Positions 51,871-61,470 are shown, counted from the stretch's first letter. The stretch is 64,000 bases of DNA from Coprothermobacterota bacterium (GCA_036679065.1 JAZIGN010000001.1:128001-192000); one strand, 5' to 3'. The notes: generated by a model from the letters alone, not told the origin. Program-made: numbers and translations.

Positions 51871-51951
51871 AAAGGCGGTTTTTTCCAGTCTTAAATCCCA
51901 TTGAGTAGCATTTTGGAACAGTTGGTTTGCTGTTCTGCCATTTAAACAACC

Positions 51952-52002
51952 TTGTAACCAGTGCAAACGGTGTGATATAATGTCAACCTGAAATGGTTGA
52001 CA
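51952..52002 (+). promoter_or_regulatory. ylxM-ffh promoter with an inverted repeat over the start codon
   Basis: TTGTAA 51952-51957, TG-A-TATAAT 51973-51981; TGTCAACC (51981-51988) / GGTTGACA (51995-52002) around ATG 51993. Confidence 0.65.
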
Positions 52003-52292
52003 AGGAGAAATTGGATCGCTATGTTCGTCTGTTGGATCTTTACGGAAAGCTGCTGGGTAGGACTGAGTACGAGATTGCTCAAGCTTACCTTTACTACGGA
52101 CTTTCGGTGATTGAAATTGCCTCGCAGCGAGGAACGTCACGACAAGCTGTGGCTAAACAATTGGACAGTGCAGTAAGAAAACTGGAGCAATTTGAAGAGA
52201 ATGTGGGTTTCCTGAGATTCGTAGATCGTTTAGTTGACGAGCTGCCTGAGTCGGAAGGGCAGAAGGTTATGAAGATTTTGGAGGAGAATTGA
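51993..52292 (+). CDS. ylxM: YlxM family HTH protein (SRP-associated)
   Basis: LLDLYGKLL, LSVIEIA...SRQAV, upstream of ffh. Confidence 0.9.
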   Translation: MVDKEKLDRYVRLLDLYGKLLGRTEYEIAQAYLYYGLSVIEIASQRGTSRQAVAKQLDSAVRKLEQFEENVGFLRFVDRLVDELPESEGQKVMKILEEN

Positions 52293-52293
52293 C

Positions 52294-53598
52294 ATGTTTG
52301 AGGGTTTGGCAAAGCGAATACAGAATGTGTTCGCCCCATTTGGTTCTAAGGGCTTACTAAAGCAGGAGGATATTGACCAGTTCTTGAAGGACTTGCGCTG
52401 GCTTCTCATTGAAGCTGATGTTAGCCTTCCCGTGGTCAACGAACTTGTGGAGCGTTTACGTGAAAAGCTAAAACCCCAGACAGGTATCGTTTCGCCTCAG
52501 GACTATCTTCTAAAGACTGTTTATGAGGAACTCACAGCCCTTTTAGGTTCCTACAGACCTTTAAAAGTAAACCCCAGAGGCATATCGCTCTACGTACTTG
52601 CAGGTTTACAAGGATCTGGTAAAACAACCACTGCCGCTAAGCTGGGCTATTTCTTGAAACGCAGTGGCAAGTCAGTAGTTTTGGGGGCTGCTGACTCGTT
52701 CCGTCCTGCTGGTGCTGAACAGTTAAAAGTGCTTGCGAACGAAAACGGCCTTTACTTTGAATCTTTCGTTGAGAAGGGCAAAGTAGATATTGGTAAAATC
52801 CAGAACTTCATGAAAAGAAGCCTTCACGATGTATTGATCTTGGACACTGCAGGTCGTCTTCATGTGGAGACTGACATGCTTCAAGAATTGAGCATGATAA
52901 ATAAACAGCTCAATCCCCAAGAAGTGCTTCTCGTTGTTGACGCCATGCTTGGTCAAGAAGCAGCGAACATTGCGAAGTCTTTCAAAGAGGCTGCTCCTAT
53001 TAGCGGTGTGATCCTGGCTAAGGCCGATGGCGATGAGTTAGGTGGTGCTGCTCTGTCTGTGGCATACGTTTCTGGAGTTCCCATATTGTTCATGGGAACA
53101 GGGGAGCACATAAAGGATTTCGAGCCATTCGATCCTAGTGAAACCGCTGCCATGATTCTCGGCATTGGTAATCCTAAGGCCTTTTTAAGGAAGATCATGG
53201 ATCTGCAGCGTGAAATGGAAGAATCAAAGCCCGCTACAAAAGGCAAGGATGAGAAGTTCGATATGAATACGCTCTTAGAGGCTTTTGAGTCCATAAGCAA
53301 GGAATCACTCATGGATTACATGGCAAGAGCTTTGCCCGTGAATGCCAATCTTGATCCAGAAGCGCTAGAACAAGGAAAAAACCGTATAAAACGTATGAAA
53401 GCCATAATTCAATCCATGACACCTTATGAAAGAAAACATCCAGAAGTACTCAATGCATCTAGGAAAAGAAGGATAGCTGCTGGAAGTGGCACCACGGTGC
53501 AAGAGGTAAACATACTGCTAAAGCAATATGGAAGCATGAGGAAATTCGCTAAAAACCCTGCTCAGCTGAAGAAAATGCTGAGGGGCGGTCTAATATAA
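52294..53598 (+). CDS. ffh: Signal recognition particle protein
   Basis: LIEADV, GLQGSGKTT, DTAGR, M domain AIIQSMT..ER, SRKRRIAAGSG. Confidence 0.96.
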   Translation: MFEGLAKRIQNVFAPFGSKGLLKQEDIDQFLKDLRWLLIEADVSLPVVNELVERLREKLKPQTGIVSPQDYLLKTVYEELTALLGSYRPLKVNPRGISLYVLAGLQGSGKTTTAAKLGYFLKRSGKSVVLGAADSFRPAGAEQLKVLANENGLYFESFVEKGKVDIGKIQNFMKRSLHDVLILDTAGRLHVETDMLQELSMINKQLNPQEVLLVVDAMLGQEAANIAKSFKEAAPISGVILAKADGDELGGAALSVAYVSGVPILFMGTGEHIKDFEPFDPSETAAMILGIGNPKAFLRKIMDLQREMEESKPATKGKDEKFDMNTLLEAFESISKESLMDYMARALPVNANLDPEALEQGKNRIKRMKAIIQSMTPYERKHPEVLNASRKRRIAAGSGTTVQEVNILLKQYGSMRKFAKNPAQLKKMLRGGLI

Positions 53599-53604
53599 GA
53601 GGAG

Positions 53605-53859
53605 GTGCAACAAGTGGCAGTAAAGATGAGATTACTCAGAGTTGGAGCGAAAGGTCAACCTTCCTACCGAGTGGTGGTAGCAGATGAGCGTTCTCCACGT
53701 GACGGACGTTTTATCGAGATCGTGGGATTCTACAATCCCAGAACAGAACCGGAAACCATCCAGCTTAAGGAAGATCGTGTAAAGTATTGGCTCAGTGTTG
53801 GCGTCAAACCCACCGATTCGGTAAAGGTTTTGCTACGCAAGTCTAACATCATTTCTTAG
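53605..53859 (+). CDS. rpsP: 30S ribosomal protein S16
   Basis: [26 protein letters not shown]; exact start among nearby GTGs uncertain. Confidence 0.97.
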   Translation: MQQVAVKMRLLRVGAKGQPSYRVVVADERSPRDGRFIEIVGFYNPRTEPETIQLKEDRVKYWLSVGVKPTDSVKVLLRKSNIIS

Positions 53860-53867
53860 TTAGGAGA

Positions 53868-54281
53868 GTGATTCTTGTGCAAGTCAAAAGAAACGTTGTT
53901 ATCAAAGGTATTGTTACACCGTGGCTCAAGGATGATTTGAAGGCAAAGGCCAATGCGTTGATCAAGCAAACTGAGATCGAAATGCAGACTTTGGAACGTC
54001 AGCTGAGGCAGTTATCGGTAATGGTTCCTGGTGAAAACGATGCTCAGAAGAACCTCATACGTCAGCAGCTTCAAATCGAGCTTAACGACAGGGAAACTTT
54101 GGTTAGGCAGCTCAGATCTGATCTGGCCAACATTGACAAGCTACAAGACGGAGAAGAGGTTGTGTATGCAGTTTTGGAAGGCTATGTCGATCTTCAGCCT
54201 GGAGACAGATTTGAAGAGAAAGTAAATAACGCTGAAATAGTTATCAAAGACGGAGAAGTTGTTGAACTGAGAAATGCCTAA
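53868..54281 (+). CDS. ylqD: YlqD family protein
   Basis: KR.VVIK.IVT, coiled coil, AEIVIKDG.VVELR; between rpsP and rimM. Confidence 0.85.
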   Translation: MILVQVKRNVVIKGIVTPWLKDDLKAKANALIKQTEIEMQTLERQLRQLSVMVPGENDAQKNLIRQQLQIELNDRETLVRQLRSDLANIDKLQDGEEVVYAVLEGYVDLQPGDRFEEKVNNAEIVIKDGEVVELRNA

Positions 54282-54756
54282 GGACAGAATCTGTTTGGGC
54301 CGGTTTGGCAAAGTTTTTGGCCTCAAAGGTGAAATTTACTTCAACCTTTATGGTTCCGAGGACATACTTCGTACTACTAATGAGTTTTACTTAGAAGACG
54401 GGACCTTGTTAAGGCTAGAAAAGCTCCGCTTGGGGCCTGATGGAAGGTTCGTGATAAAACTGCGCAACTACGAGACTCCTGAAGCGGTGGAACCTTTTGT
54501 TAACCAAAAGGTTTACGTAAAAGGTCGACCTGGGCAAGGTGACACTTATACCACAAGCGAGCTTCTTGAAATGGAAGTAGTCGTTAATGGGCAAATTGTA
54601 GGTCGTGTTTTGGACCTCCAAGGGACTGACGAAGCTCCTTTCCTACTATTGGAAATAAACAGTGAGCCGAGACGTGTTCCTTTTACCAAGGAAGCTTTGA
54701 GTATCGATCGAGAAAAGAAAATAGTAATTGTTACCAGTGAGGAGTTTTTAGTGTGA
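54274..54756 (+). CDS. rimM: Ribosome maturation factor RimM
   Basis: G.FGKVFGLKGEI, PRC barrel with VPF; between ylqD and trmD. Confidence 0.88.
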   Translation: MPKDRICLGRFGKVFGLKGEIYFNLYGSEDILRTTNEFYLEDGTLLRLEKLRLGPDGRFVIKLRNYETPEAVEPFVNQKVYVKGRPGQGDTYTTSELLEMEVVVNGQIVGRVLDLQGTDEAPFLLLEINSEPRRVPFTKEALSIDREKKIVIVTSEEFLV

Positions 54757-55514
54757 AAAAGTTCGCAGTGGTCACACTGTTTCCTGAGGTTATTGATTGT
54801 TGGCTCCAGTCAAGTGTGATAGGAAGGGCTCGTGGTCGCGTTTTTGATGTGCTCTATGTAAACCCCAGAGACTTTGCTAAGGATAAATACCGATCAGTGG
54901 ATGATTACATGTTCGGTGGTGGGTCCGGTATGCTCATGAAGTATGACGTTATTAAGCCAGCTTTGGATCATGCAAAAACCTTGCTGCAAAATCCACTAGT
55001 GGTGGCATTAAGCGCGGGCGGAAAGGTTCTAAACCAAGAAATCTGCATGTCGCTGAGCTCTTATGAAGGCGACATGGTGTTTCTTTGCGGGCATTACGAA
55101 GGTATGGACGATCGTATTTTAGACCATGTGGATTTAGAGCTTTCTGTGGGTGACTACGTTTTGAGTGGAGGAGAATTAGGAGCTGCCGTAGTCATGGAAG
55201 CAGTAGTTAGACTTCTCCCAGGATTCGTGGAAAAGAGTGACAATGTAAAGAAGGAGAGCTTTACTAATGGTCTCTTGGAAGAACCGCAGTTCACACGGCC
55301 TAGGGAGTATGAAGGTAAAGAAGTGCCAGAAGTACTACTTAGTGGGCACCATGAGCGCATCGAACTTTGGAAAAGAGAGCAACGCATAAAGAGGACCCTT
55401 TTTCAAAGACCAGACTTGATCATGTCTGCTAAACTGGAACCCACGGATCTTGAGATTCTTAGGCGTGTTCTAGCGGATATGGAAAAAGTGAAGAAGGCGG
55501 TATTCGGTGAGTAA
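54753..55514 (+). CDS. trmD: tRNA (guanine37-N1)-methyltransferase
   Basis: TLFPE, VDD..FGGGSGM, CGHYEG.D.R, GDYVLSGGE, PQFTRP. Confidence 0.97.
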   Translation: MKKFAVVTLFPEVIDCWLQSSVIGRARGRVFDVLYVNPRDFAKDKYRSVDDYMFGGGSGMLMKYDVIKPALDHAKTLLQNPLVVALSAGGKVLNQEICMSLSSYEGDMVFLCGHYEGMDDRILDHVDLELSVGDYVLSGGELGAAVVMEAVVRLLPGFVEKSDNVKKESFTNGLLEEPQFTRPREYEGKEVPEVLLSGHHERIELWKREQRIKRTLFQRPDLIMSAKLEPTDLEILRRVLADMEKVKKAVFGE

Positions 55515-56085
55515 TACAGGGAGTACCAACAGTTTGTCCATTGCTTTGCTACACTATCCCATGTATGATAGGGAGTACAAGATTGTTACAACCTCAGTAA
55601 CCAATTTGGACATTCATGATATTGCCAGGCTAAGCAGGACATACAACCTGTCAGACTTTTGGGTGGTTACCCCTGTCAAAGCACAGCAGGAAATGGTGAA
55701 ACGTATTATTCAGTATTGGGCGTCTGAAGAGGGTAGAATTTACAATCCTCACCGACATGAGGCTTTGTCCTTGGTTCGTGTCATGGACGACATTGAATCA
55801 GTGGTTAAATGCCTTGAGGAGCGCGAGGGGAAAATTCCTAAGCTTGTGGCTACCGATGCTAGACCCTATCCGAATATGGTAAACTATGATTTTGTTAGGG
55901 ATTTAGTAAGTGCGAAAGAGCCTGTGGTCCTGGTTTTGGGAACAGGTCATGGAATCGCATACGAGATGATCAGAAAAATGGATTATTTTCTTACGCCCAT
56001 ACGACCGAACCGAGATTTCAACCACCTATCTGTCAGATCGGCAGCGTCAATTCTGGTGGATAGGATCATTGGAGACAGCCTTTAA
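55507..56085 (+). CDS. SPOUT-type RNA methyltransferase (Tm1570-like)
   Basis: ALLHYP, TNLDIHDIAR..RTY, LGTGHG, FNHLSVRSA..I.VDR. Confidence 0.88.
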   Translation: MSNTGSTNSLSIALLHYPMYDREYKIVTTSVTNLDIHDIARLSRTYNLSDFWVVTPVKAQQEMVKRIIQYWASEEGRIYNPHRHEALSLVRVMDDIESVVKCLEEREGKIPKLVATDARPYPNMVNYDFVRDLVSAKEPVVLVLGTGHGIAYEMIRKMDYFLTPIRPNRDFNHLSVRSAASILVDRIIGDSL

Positions 56086-56101
56086 TTAAGGAGGGTTAGA
56101 A

Positions 56102-56458
56102 ATGGATATCATTAGAAGAATTGAACAAACCATGATGAGGGAAGATTTGCCCCCAGTCGAAGTTGGAGACACGGTAAGGGTAAAGTGGAGATTCACAGAA
56201 AAGGACAGAAGCGGAGAGGAAAAGAGCCGTGTACAAGCATATGAAGGCATCGTAATCGCGAAGAAAGGTACAGGGATAAGTGAGTCCATAGTGGTAAGGA
56301 AGATCTCTTCAGGCATAGGTGTGGAAAAAGCCTTTCCTCTTCACAGTCCCAACTTGGTGGACTTGGAAGTGGTTACTCGGGGAAAAGTCAGGCGTGCGAA
56401 GCTTTACTACTTGCGTGAGAAGAAGCACTTGGTTGTGAAAAAGAAGAGCAGATTTTAA
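56102..56458 (+). CDS. rplS: 50S ribosomal protein L19
   Basis: GDTVRV, Q.YEGIVI, VRKIS.GIGVE..FP.HSP, VRRAKLYYLR. Confidence 0.98.
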   Translation: MDIIRRIEQTMMREDLPPVEVGDTVRVKWRFTEKDRSGEEKSRVQAYEGIVIAKKGTGISESIVVRKISSGIGVEKAFPLHSPNLVDLEVVTRGKVRRAKLYYLREKKHLVVKKKSRF

Positions 56459-56460
56459 AC

Positions 56461-56988
56461 ATGTCCAAGAAGGTCGTTAGCGAGCTTTTCCAGTGGCTCG
56501 TGGCTCTGGTATTGGCTGCAGCCATAGTTATTCCCATAAGGGTGTACGTGCTGCAGCCGTACCGGGTTTACATGACATCCATGGTCCCAGCTTTGGAACC
56601 AGGAGATGTTGTGATAGGCTTGAAAAGTGCCATTGTCGGGGACGACATAAAACGCGGGGATATAGTCATAGTGGGTGGTGCTTTTAGTAACGGCGAACTT
56701 TATGTAAAACGTGTCATAGGGCTGCCTGGCGAAACCATTTCAATTAACGACGGCGAGGTTTACATAAACGGTCAAAAACTTAAGGAGCCCTGGTTGCCTT
56801 CTGATGGTGGGTTTAGCTCTTCTGGTGAACTGTCTGAGGTCAAACTTGAAGAGAATCAGTATTTTGTTTTAGGTGATAACAGATTCGCTAGTCGTGATAG
56901 TAGGTCGTTTGGTCCCGTGACAAAGCAGGACATAAAAGCCAAAGTTGTTTTACGTATTTTCCCGTTAGACAGGATTAGGAGCTTCTAA
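56461..56988 (+). CDS. lepB: Signal peptidase I
   Basis: TM, SMVPAL (catalytic Ser), YVKRVIGLPGE (catalytic Lys), GDNR..SRDSR. Confidence 0.96.
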   Translation: MSKKVVSELFQWLVALVLAAAIVIPIRVYVLQPYRVYMTSMVPALEPGDVVIGLKSAIVGDDIKRGDIVIVGGAFSNGELYVKRVIGLPGETISINDGEVYINGQKLKEPWLPSDGGFSSSGELSEVKLEENQYFVLGDNRFASRDSRSFGPVTKQDIKAKVVLRIFPLDRIRSF

Positions 56989-57596
56989 TGAGACCGTATC
57001 CCAGTTGGGAACTGGAAGAGACACTTTTCGGAAGGTCAGTGGTGGGCGTAGATGAAGTGGGAAGAGGTGCAGTGGCTGGCCCGTTGGTAGTTTGTGCCTT
57101 GCGTTTCAACAACTTCCCAGAGGTTACCTGGCGTGATTCTAAACAGATGAGTCCACTACAGCGTAGGTCAGTGTTTTCAAATATCGTTGAGAACAGCCAT
57201 TTTGGCATTGGACTTGCCGCTCCTTGGGACATTGATAGGTTGGGAATAAACTTCTGTCTGGGTAAAGCTGCTGAAGAAGCGCTAGATCAGGTACCACTTG
57301 AGGATGCCATGGTTGTGTTTGATGGAAAGAAACCCTTGACAACGAAGGTTCCTGCTTATCAGTGCATGGTAAAAGGAGACACTTTGTTACCTTCTGTGGC
57401 TGCTACCAGCGTAGTTGCCAAGGTAATCCGTGATGAAATAATGGTCTGCTTGGATTCGGTATTACCTGGCTATGGTTTTTCTGCACATAAGGGGTACGGA
57501 ACCCCAAGACACTTAGAGGCCATTGAATGTTTGGGTGTTACAGCCCAGCACAGACGTTCTTTCTTGAGGAAAGTGCTTGAGCAGGCACTTTTCTGA
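56988..57596 (+). CDS. rnhB: Ribonuclease HII
   Basis: GVDEVGRG..AGP, DSK, FDG, KGD, AKVIRD, HKGYGT, HRRSF. Confidence 0.96.
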   Translation: MRPYPSWELEETLFGRSVVGVDEVGRGAVAGPLVVCALRFNNFPEVTWRDSKQMSPLQRRSVFSNIVENSHFGIGLAAPWDIDRLGINFCLGKAAEEALDQVPLEDAMVVFDGKKPLTTKVPAYQCMVKGDTLLPSVAATSVVAKVIRDEIMVCLDSVLPGYGFSAHKGYGTPRHLEAIECLGVTAQHRRSFLRKVLEQALF

Positions 57597-57924
57597 AGAC
57601 CAGGTAGCGTCTTTTTTAGCTTCTCAGAAGTACCGCATTTTGGATCAAAACGTAGTATTTCCCACTGGTGAAATTGACATTGTAGCGTCAAAGGGGAGAA
57701 TGTTGGTTTTTGTGGAGGTTCGATACCGAAAGAACTTTGACGCTGCAGAAACAGTGGATTTGAAGAAGCTAGAAAGAATAATGCAATGTGCGTATTTATA
57801 TACTGGTGGCGAGGGAAGTTACCGTGTGGACGTTTTTGCTTGCGGTCCCAAAGGCTGCCATTGGTACAAAGGGGTGAGACTTGATGGATGTTGTGAAAGT
57901 ATGGAGTGGCTTAACCTTTGGTGA
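57577..57924 (+). CDS. yraN: YraN family nuclease
   Basis: E..A..L, GEIDIVA, LVFVEVR (PD-(D/E)xK-like), RVDV. Confidence 0.88.
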   Translation: MSRHFSEDQVASFLASQKYRILDQNVVFPTGEIDIVASKGRMLVFVEVRYRKNFDAAETVDLKKLERIMQCAYLYTGGEGSYRVDVFACGPKGCHWYKGVRLDGCCESMEWLNLW

Positions 57925-59323
57925 CCGTTTTGTTCCTGTTGAAATCCAGATAACTTACGGTGCTGGACTTCCTGCCTTTCACATGGTGGGTATGGTTTCT
58001 GAAAGCGTTGAAGAATCGAAAGAGCGTGTCCGCTATGCATTAAAGTCTGTAGGAAAATCCATACCTCAGGGCAGGGTAATGGTGGCTTTTTTACCCAGCG
58101 AAGTGACGAAGAGCGGTGCACATTTTGATTTGGCTCTTCTACATGGTTTTTTGAAAGGTAACTCAGAGCGGCTAATTGTTGGGGAGGTGGCACTGGATGG
58201 CACTGTTAGAGCCACAGTCCAAAGCCTTCGCGTTATCGCTGCTGCTTACAACAGTGGCACAAAGCAGTTCATATGTCCTCGCTTGCCTAGAAGTGTACTC
58301 AAGCTGATGCCCGAAGGAGATTTTTTCATGGTAGAACATGTTTCCCAGCTTCTAAATGGTGAAACGTCAACTGCTGTGGAAGATGAGGGTGATACCGAAT
58401 GCCAAGGCAAGGTTGGATTAAATGATGTCAGGGGGTCTGGCATAAAACGAGTTGCCATGATAGCTGCAGCAGGCTGGCATCATGTTCTGCTTATGGGAAA
58501 TCCCGGTGTCGGGAAAAGCATGGTTGCTGAACGCATGGTTGGAATTATGCCTCCCATGAGCAATTCAGAAAAACTTGATTTGCTGGCAAGCACGGGCAGT
58601 TTGCCGGACCACCGACCTGCCCGTTTTACTAGTTGGAATAGTACTCCCGCTGGTTTTTTTGGATCAGCGAAAGGAGCGCCTGGTGAAGTTACGTTTGCTC
58701 ACCGGGGAGTGCTCATCATGGACGAATTCCCGCAGTACAGAAAAGACATTTTGGAGGGTCTAAGAACGGTCTTGGATTGTCGAGCAGTTTTGGCTTCCTA
58801 CGGAAGCCAACGCCTTACTTGGCCAGCCGATTTTTTGTTAGTTACCACATCGAATCCGTGTCCTTGTGGTTATTTGGGACATCCCAAGAAAGTTTGCAAA
58901 GATTCACCAACAAGTGTCATGAGGTATCTGGGGCGTCTAAGTGGGCCCGTGGCTGACCGTATTGACATGCACTACTGGGTTAAAGCTGATGAGCCAAATG
59001 AGGATGTAAACGCCGTTGAAGAAAGAATATGCAACGTGTGGGAGTTGCAGAAAAGCCGTTGGGAGTCAGAAGGTTTTGTTCATGCTGGGCATATCCCGGG
59101 TGAACGGGTGGATGAACTTGTTGAAGTAAGTGGCTCTGTTAGGAAACTACTGGACGATTCAGTAGAAAAAGCAGGACTTTCACGCAGAGAAAGACACAAA
59201 ATCCTGCGTCTGAGCCGGACCATAGCAGATCTGGAAAAGGAGCATGATATCGGTATTAACCACCTAATTGAGGCTATTTCCTATCGCCAGGTGATTCCGT
59301 GGCTGAGGAGCTTAGTTCCGTGA
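57881..59323 (+). CDS. comM: ComM/YifB Mg-chelatase-like AAA+ helicase
   Basis: GLPAFHMVG, ESKERVR.A, GNPGVGKSM, DEFP, NPCPCG, LSGP..DRID, RTIADL. Confidence 0.93.
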   Translation: MMDVVKVWSGLTFGDRFVPVEIQITYGAGLPAFHMVGMVSESVEESKERVRYALKSVGKSIPQGRVMVAFLPSEVTKSGAHFDLALLHGFLKGNSERLIVGEVALDGTVRATVQSLRVIAAAYNSGTKQFICPRLPRSVLKLMPEGDFFMVEHVSQLLNGETSTAVEDEGDTECQGKVGLNDVRGSGIKRVAMIAAAGWHHVLLMGNPGVGKSMVAERMVGIMPPMSNSEKLDLLASTGSLPDHRPARFTSWNSTPAGFFGSAKGAPGEVTFAHRGVLIMDEFPQYRKDILEGLRTVLDCRAVLASYGSQRLTWPADFLLVTTSNPCPCGYLGHPKKVCKDSPTSVMRYLGRLSGPVADRIDMHYWVKADEPNEDVNAVEERICNVWELQKSRWESEGFVHAGHIPGERVDELVEVSGSVRKLLDDSVEKAGLSRRERHKILRLSRTIADLEKEHDIGINHLIEAISYRQVIPWLRSLVP

Positions 59324-60090
59324 CCAGCGATTTTTACATGTTGAGGTCAGACGATGACATCTTCTGTGGAAGGCTTGAAGAGCAAGCACTAAACCGCCCT
59401 TTGTACGTGAAGGGTAGTTTAATAAAGCCTCTGGAAAAGACTGTGGGCATTGTGGGGACTAGGCATGCCTCCAGCTATGGTTTGAAAGTGGCTTATGAGC
59501 TTGGTAAGTACTACGCAAGCGAAGGTTATGTGGTTATTAGTGGACTTGCCTACGGGATCGACCAGAAATCTCACGAAGGTGCTTTGGAAAAAGGGACCAC
59601 GGTTGGCGTGTTAGGGCATGGACTTGATTTTCACTATCCCAAATCCACTCTTCCATTAAGGAAGAGCATAGAAGAGAAAGGTTTTGTGATCACTTGGTAC
59701 AAACGTGAGCAAGGACCTCGCAAAGCATTTTTTAGAGAAAGGAATTGGCTCATAGCGGCTCTGAGCGATTTCGTCGTAGTTGTTGAAGCTCCCATAAAAA
59801 GTGGGGCTTTGATCACTGCGAATTTTGCCTTGCAGATGGGCAAAGAAGTTAAGGCAGTACCGGGCGACATAGACCGCGATAGTTCCGCCGGTAGCAACAT
59901 GCTCATTTTTGACGGAGCAGAGCCAGTCTTAGCCATTCCAAAAGACGCTGATGATCAATACAAGTCTTGTAAAACGGTTCAAGATCTAGTCGCAGCCGTG
60001 GGAAGTTTGGTGGAAGCAGGGCAACTCATAACAAAATGGCAATCCACCGGCAAGGTGATTCTTGAAGGGGAAATCATACACTGGGTTTGA
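59299..60090 (+). CDS. dprA: DNA-processing protein DprA (Smf)
   Basis: IVGTR, ISGLAYGID...H, F.ERN.LIAALS, VVEA..KSGALITA. Confidence 0.93.
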   Translation: MAEELSSVTSDFYMLRSDDDIFCGRLEEQALNRPLYVKGSLIKPLEKTVGIVGTRHASSYGLKVAYELGKYYASEGYVVISGLAYGIDQKSHEGALEKGTTVGVLGHGLDFHYPKSTLPLRKSIEEKGFVITWYKREQGPRKAFFRERNWLIAALSDFVVVVEAPIKSGALITANFALQMGKEVKAVPGDIDRDSSAGSNMLIFDGAEPVLAIPKDADDQYKSCKTVQDLVAAVGSLVEAGQLITKWQSTGKVILEGEIIHWV

Positions 60091-60171
60091 TTACCCTAAT
60101 TCAAGCTCTCGTTTTAAGGAAAAAGGCGTGTTCTTAGCGTTATTCTACGTAGTGTCTTGTAGAATATGATT

Positions 60172-61470
60172 ATGGATGTTTGGGTTATCGGTGGTGGGCT
60201 GGCAGGCTGCGAGGCGGCCTTAACATTAGCCGATCTGGGCTTTCCAGTTATCCTTTTTGAGATGCGTCCCACTATTATGACCCCTGCCCACAAAACGCCT
60301 AAACTGGCTGAGTTGGTGTGTAGCAATTCCTTGGGTTCGCTTTCTCCTGAAAACGCAAAAGGTGAGCTACTATTTGAGCTAACAATACTCAGATCATCCC
60401 TGGTGAATTTGGCGTTTAAAGCAAAGGTTGGCGGTGACAAAGCTCTTGTCGTAGATCGAGAACTGTTCTCTACGTTGGTGGAAGATGCGGTTCACACTCA
60501 TGCGAATATCACCGTGGTACGTGAGAAAGTTGTTGAAATTCCCAAGAATGTGCCCTGCATTATAGCACCTGGGCCTTTGATAACCGAAGATCTCCTGCAT
60601 TTTTTGGAGGAGTGCGAGGGAAGATACGAGGCTCAGTATTACGACGCTACTAGTCCCAGTATTCTCACAGAAACCATAGATTTGAATTATGCTTTTTGGG
60701 GAAATCGTTTTGGAGAAGGTAATGACTACTTGAACGTTCCTTTATCCAAGGATGAGTATTACTGGTTCGTCGAGCAGCTGTCGAATGCAAGGGAAGCTCA
60801 GAGGCATGATTTTGACAAGGTTGACACGTTTTTCGAGCGGTGTTTACCTGTTGAAGAGATAGCGCGCAGAGGGAAAGAAAGCTTGGCTTTTGGCCCCATG
60901 CGTCCAACAGGGCTTGACATTCCAGAAAGGTTTCATGATGTGTATGCTGTTATCCAACTAAGAAAAGAAAACGCTTTTGGGACCATTGTGAACATGGTGG
61001 GATTCCAAACAGGAATTTCTCACACGGAGCAAATCAGGATTTTTAAACAGTTGCCTGCCTTTAGGAATGCAGTTTTTGTTAGGTTAGGGCAAATACATCA
61101 AAACAGGTTTCTACCTGGTGCTGTAAACAGATTCTTTCAGAGTAAGACGAATGATCTTTGGTTTTATGCAGGTCAGTTTACCGGAACTGAAGGATACTTG
61201 GAAGCCATCGCAGGGGGACTTTGGGCTGGCATTAACTTAGCTCGCTTGCTTAGAAATCAGGAGCTAATTGCCCTTCCCGAGGAAACCATGCTTGGTGGGT
61301 TGGTGACCTACATTGAACAAGTTCTGCTGGAAGTCAGACAGCCCATGGGAGTGAACTGGGGATTAGTTCCACTTGTTGAAGGGAAGAAAAGCGAAAGAAA
61401 AAGGAAACGCGTTGAGCGTGCAAAGGCGGCTATTGAGTATGCAGCTAGAGAATTGGGCAGAGCTGCTTGA
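60172..61470 (+). CDS. trmFO: Folate/FAD-dependent tRNA m5U54 methyltransferase
   Basis: GGGLAGCEAA, ELVCSNS, FGPMRP.GL, NMVGFQT, AGQ.TG.EGY; ATG 60172 lies 6 nt after TAGAAT (alternative start 60166). Confidence 0.95.
   Translation: MDVWVIGGGLAGCEAALTLADLGFPVILFEMRPTIMTPAHKTPKLAELVCSNSLGSLSPENAKGELLFELTILRSSLVNLAFKAKVGGDKALVVDRELFSTLVEDAVHTHANITVVREKVVEIPKNVPCIIAPGPLITEDLLHFLEECEGRYEAQYYDATSPSILTETIDLNYAFWGNRFGEGNDYLNVPLSKDEYYWFVEQLSNAREAQRHDFDKVDTFFERCLPVEEIARRGKESLAFGPMRPTGLDIPERFHDVYAVIQLRKENAFGTIVNMVGFQTGISHTEQIRIFKQLPAFRNAVFVRLGQIHQNRFLPGAVNRFFQSKTNDLWFYAGQFTGTEGYLEAIAGGLWAGINLARLLRNQELIALPEETMLGGLVTYIEQVLLEVRQPMGVNWGLVPLVEGKKSERKRKRVERAKAAIEYAARELGRAA

Noticed and set aside
51871..51950. 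SRP RNA or other ncRNA upstream of ylxM-ffh
   Set aside because: No SRP domain IV motif; only a weak GAACAG/CTGTTC hairpin
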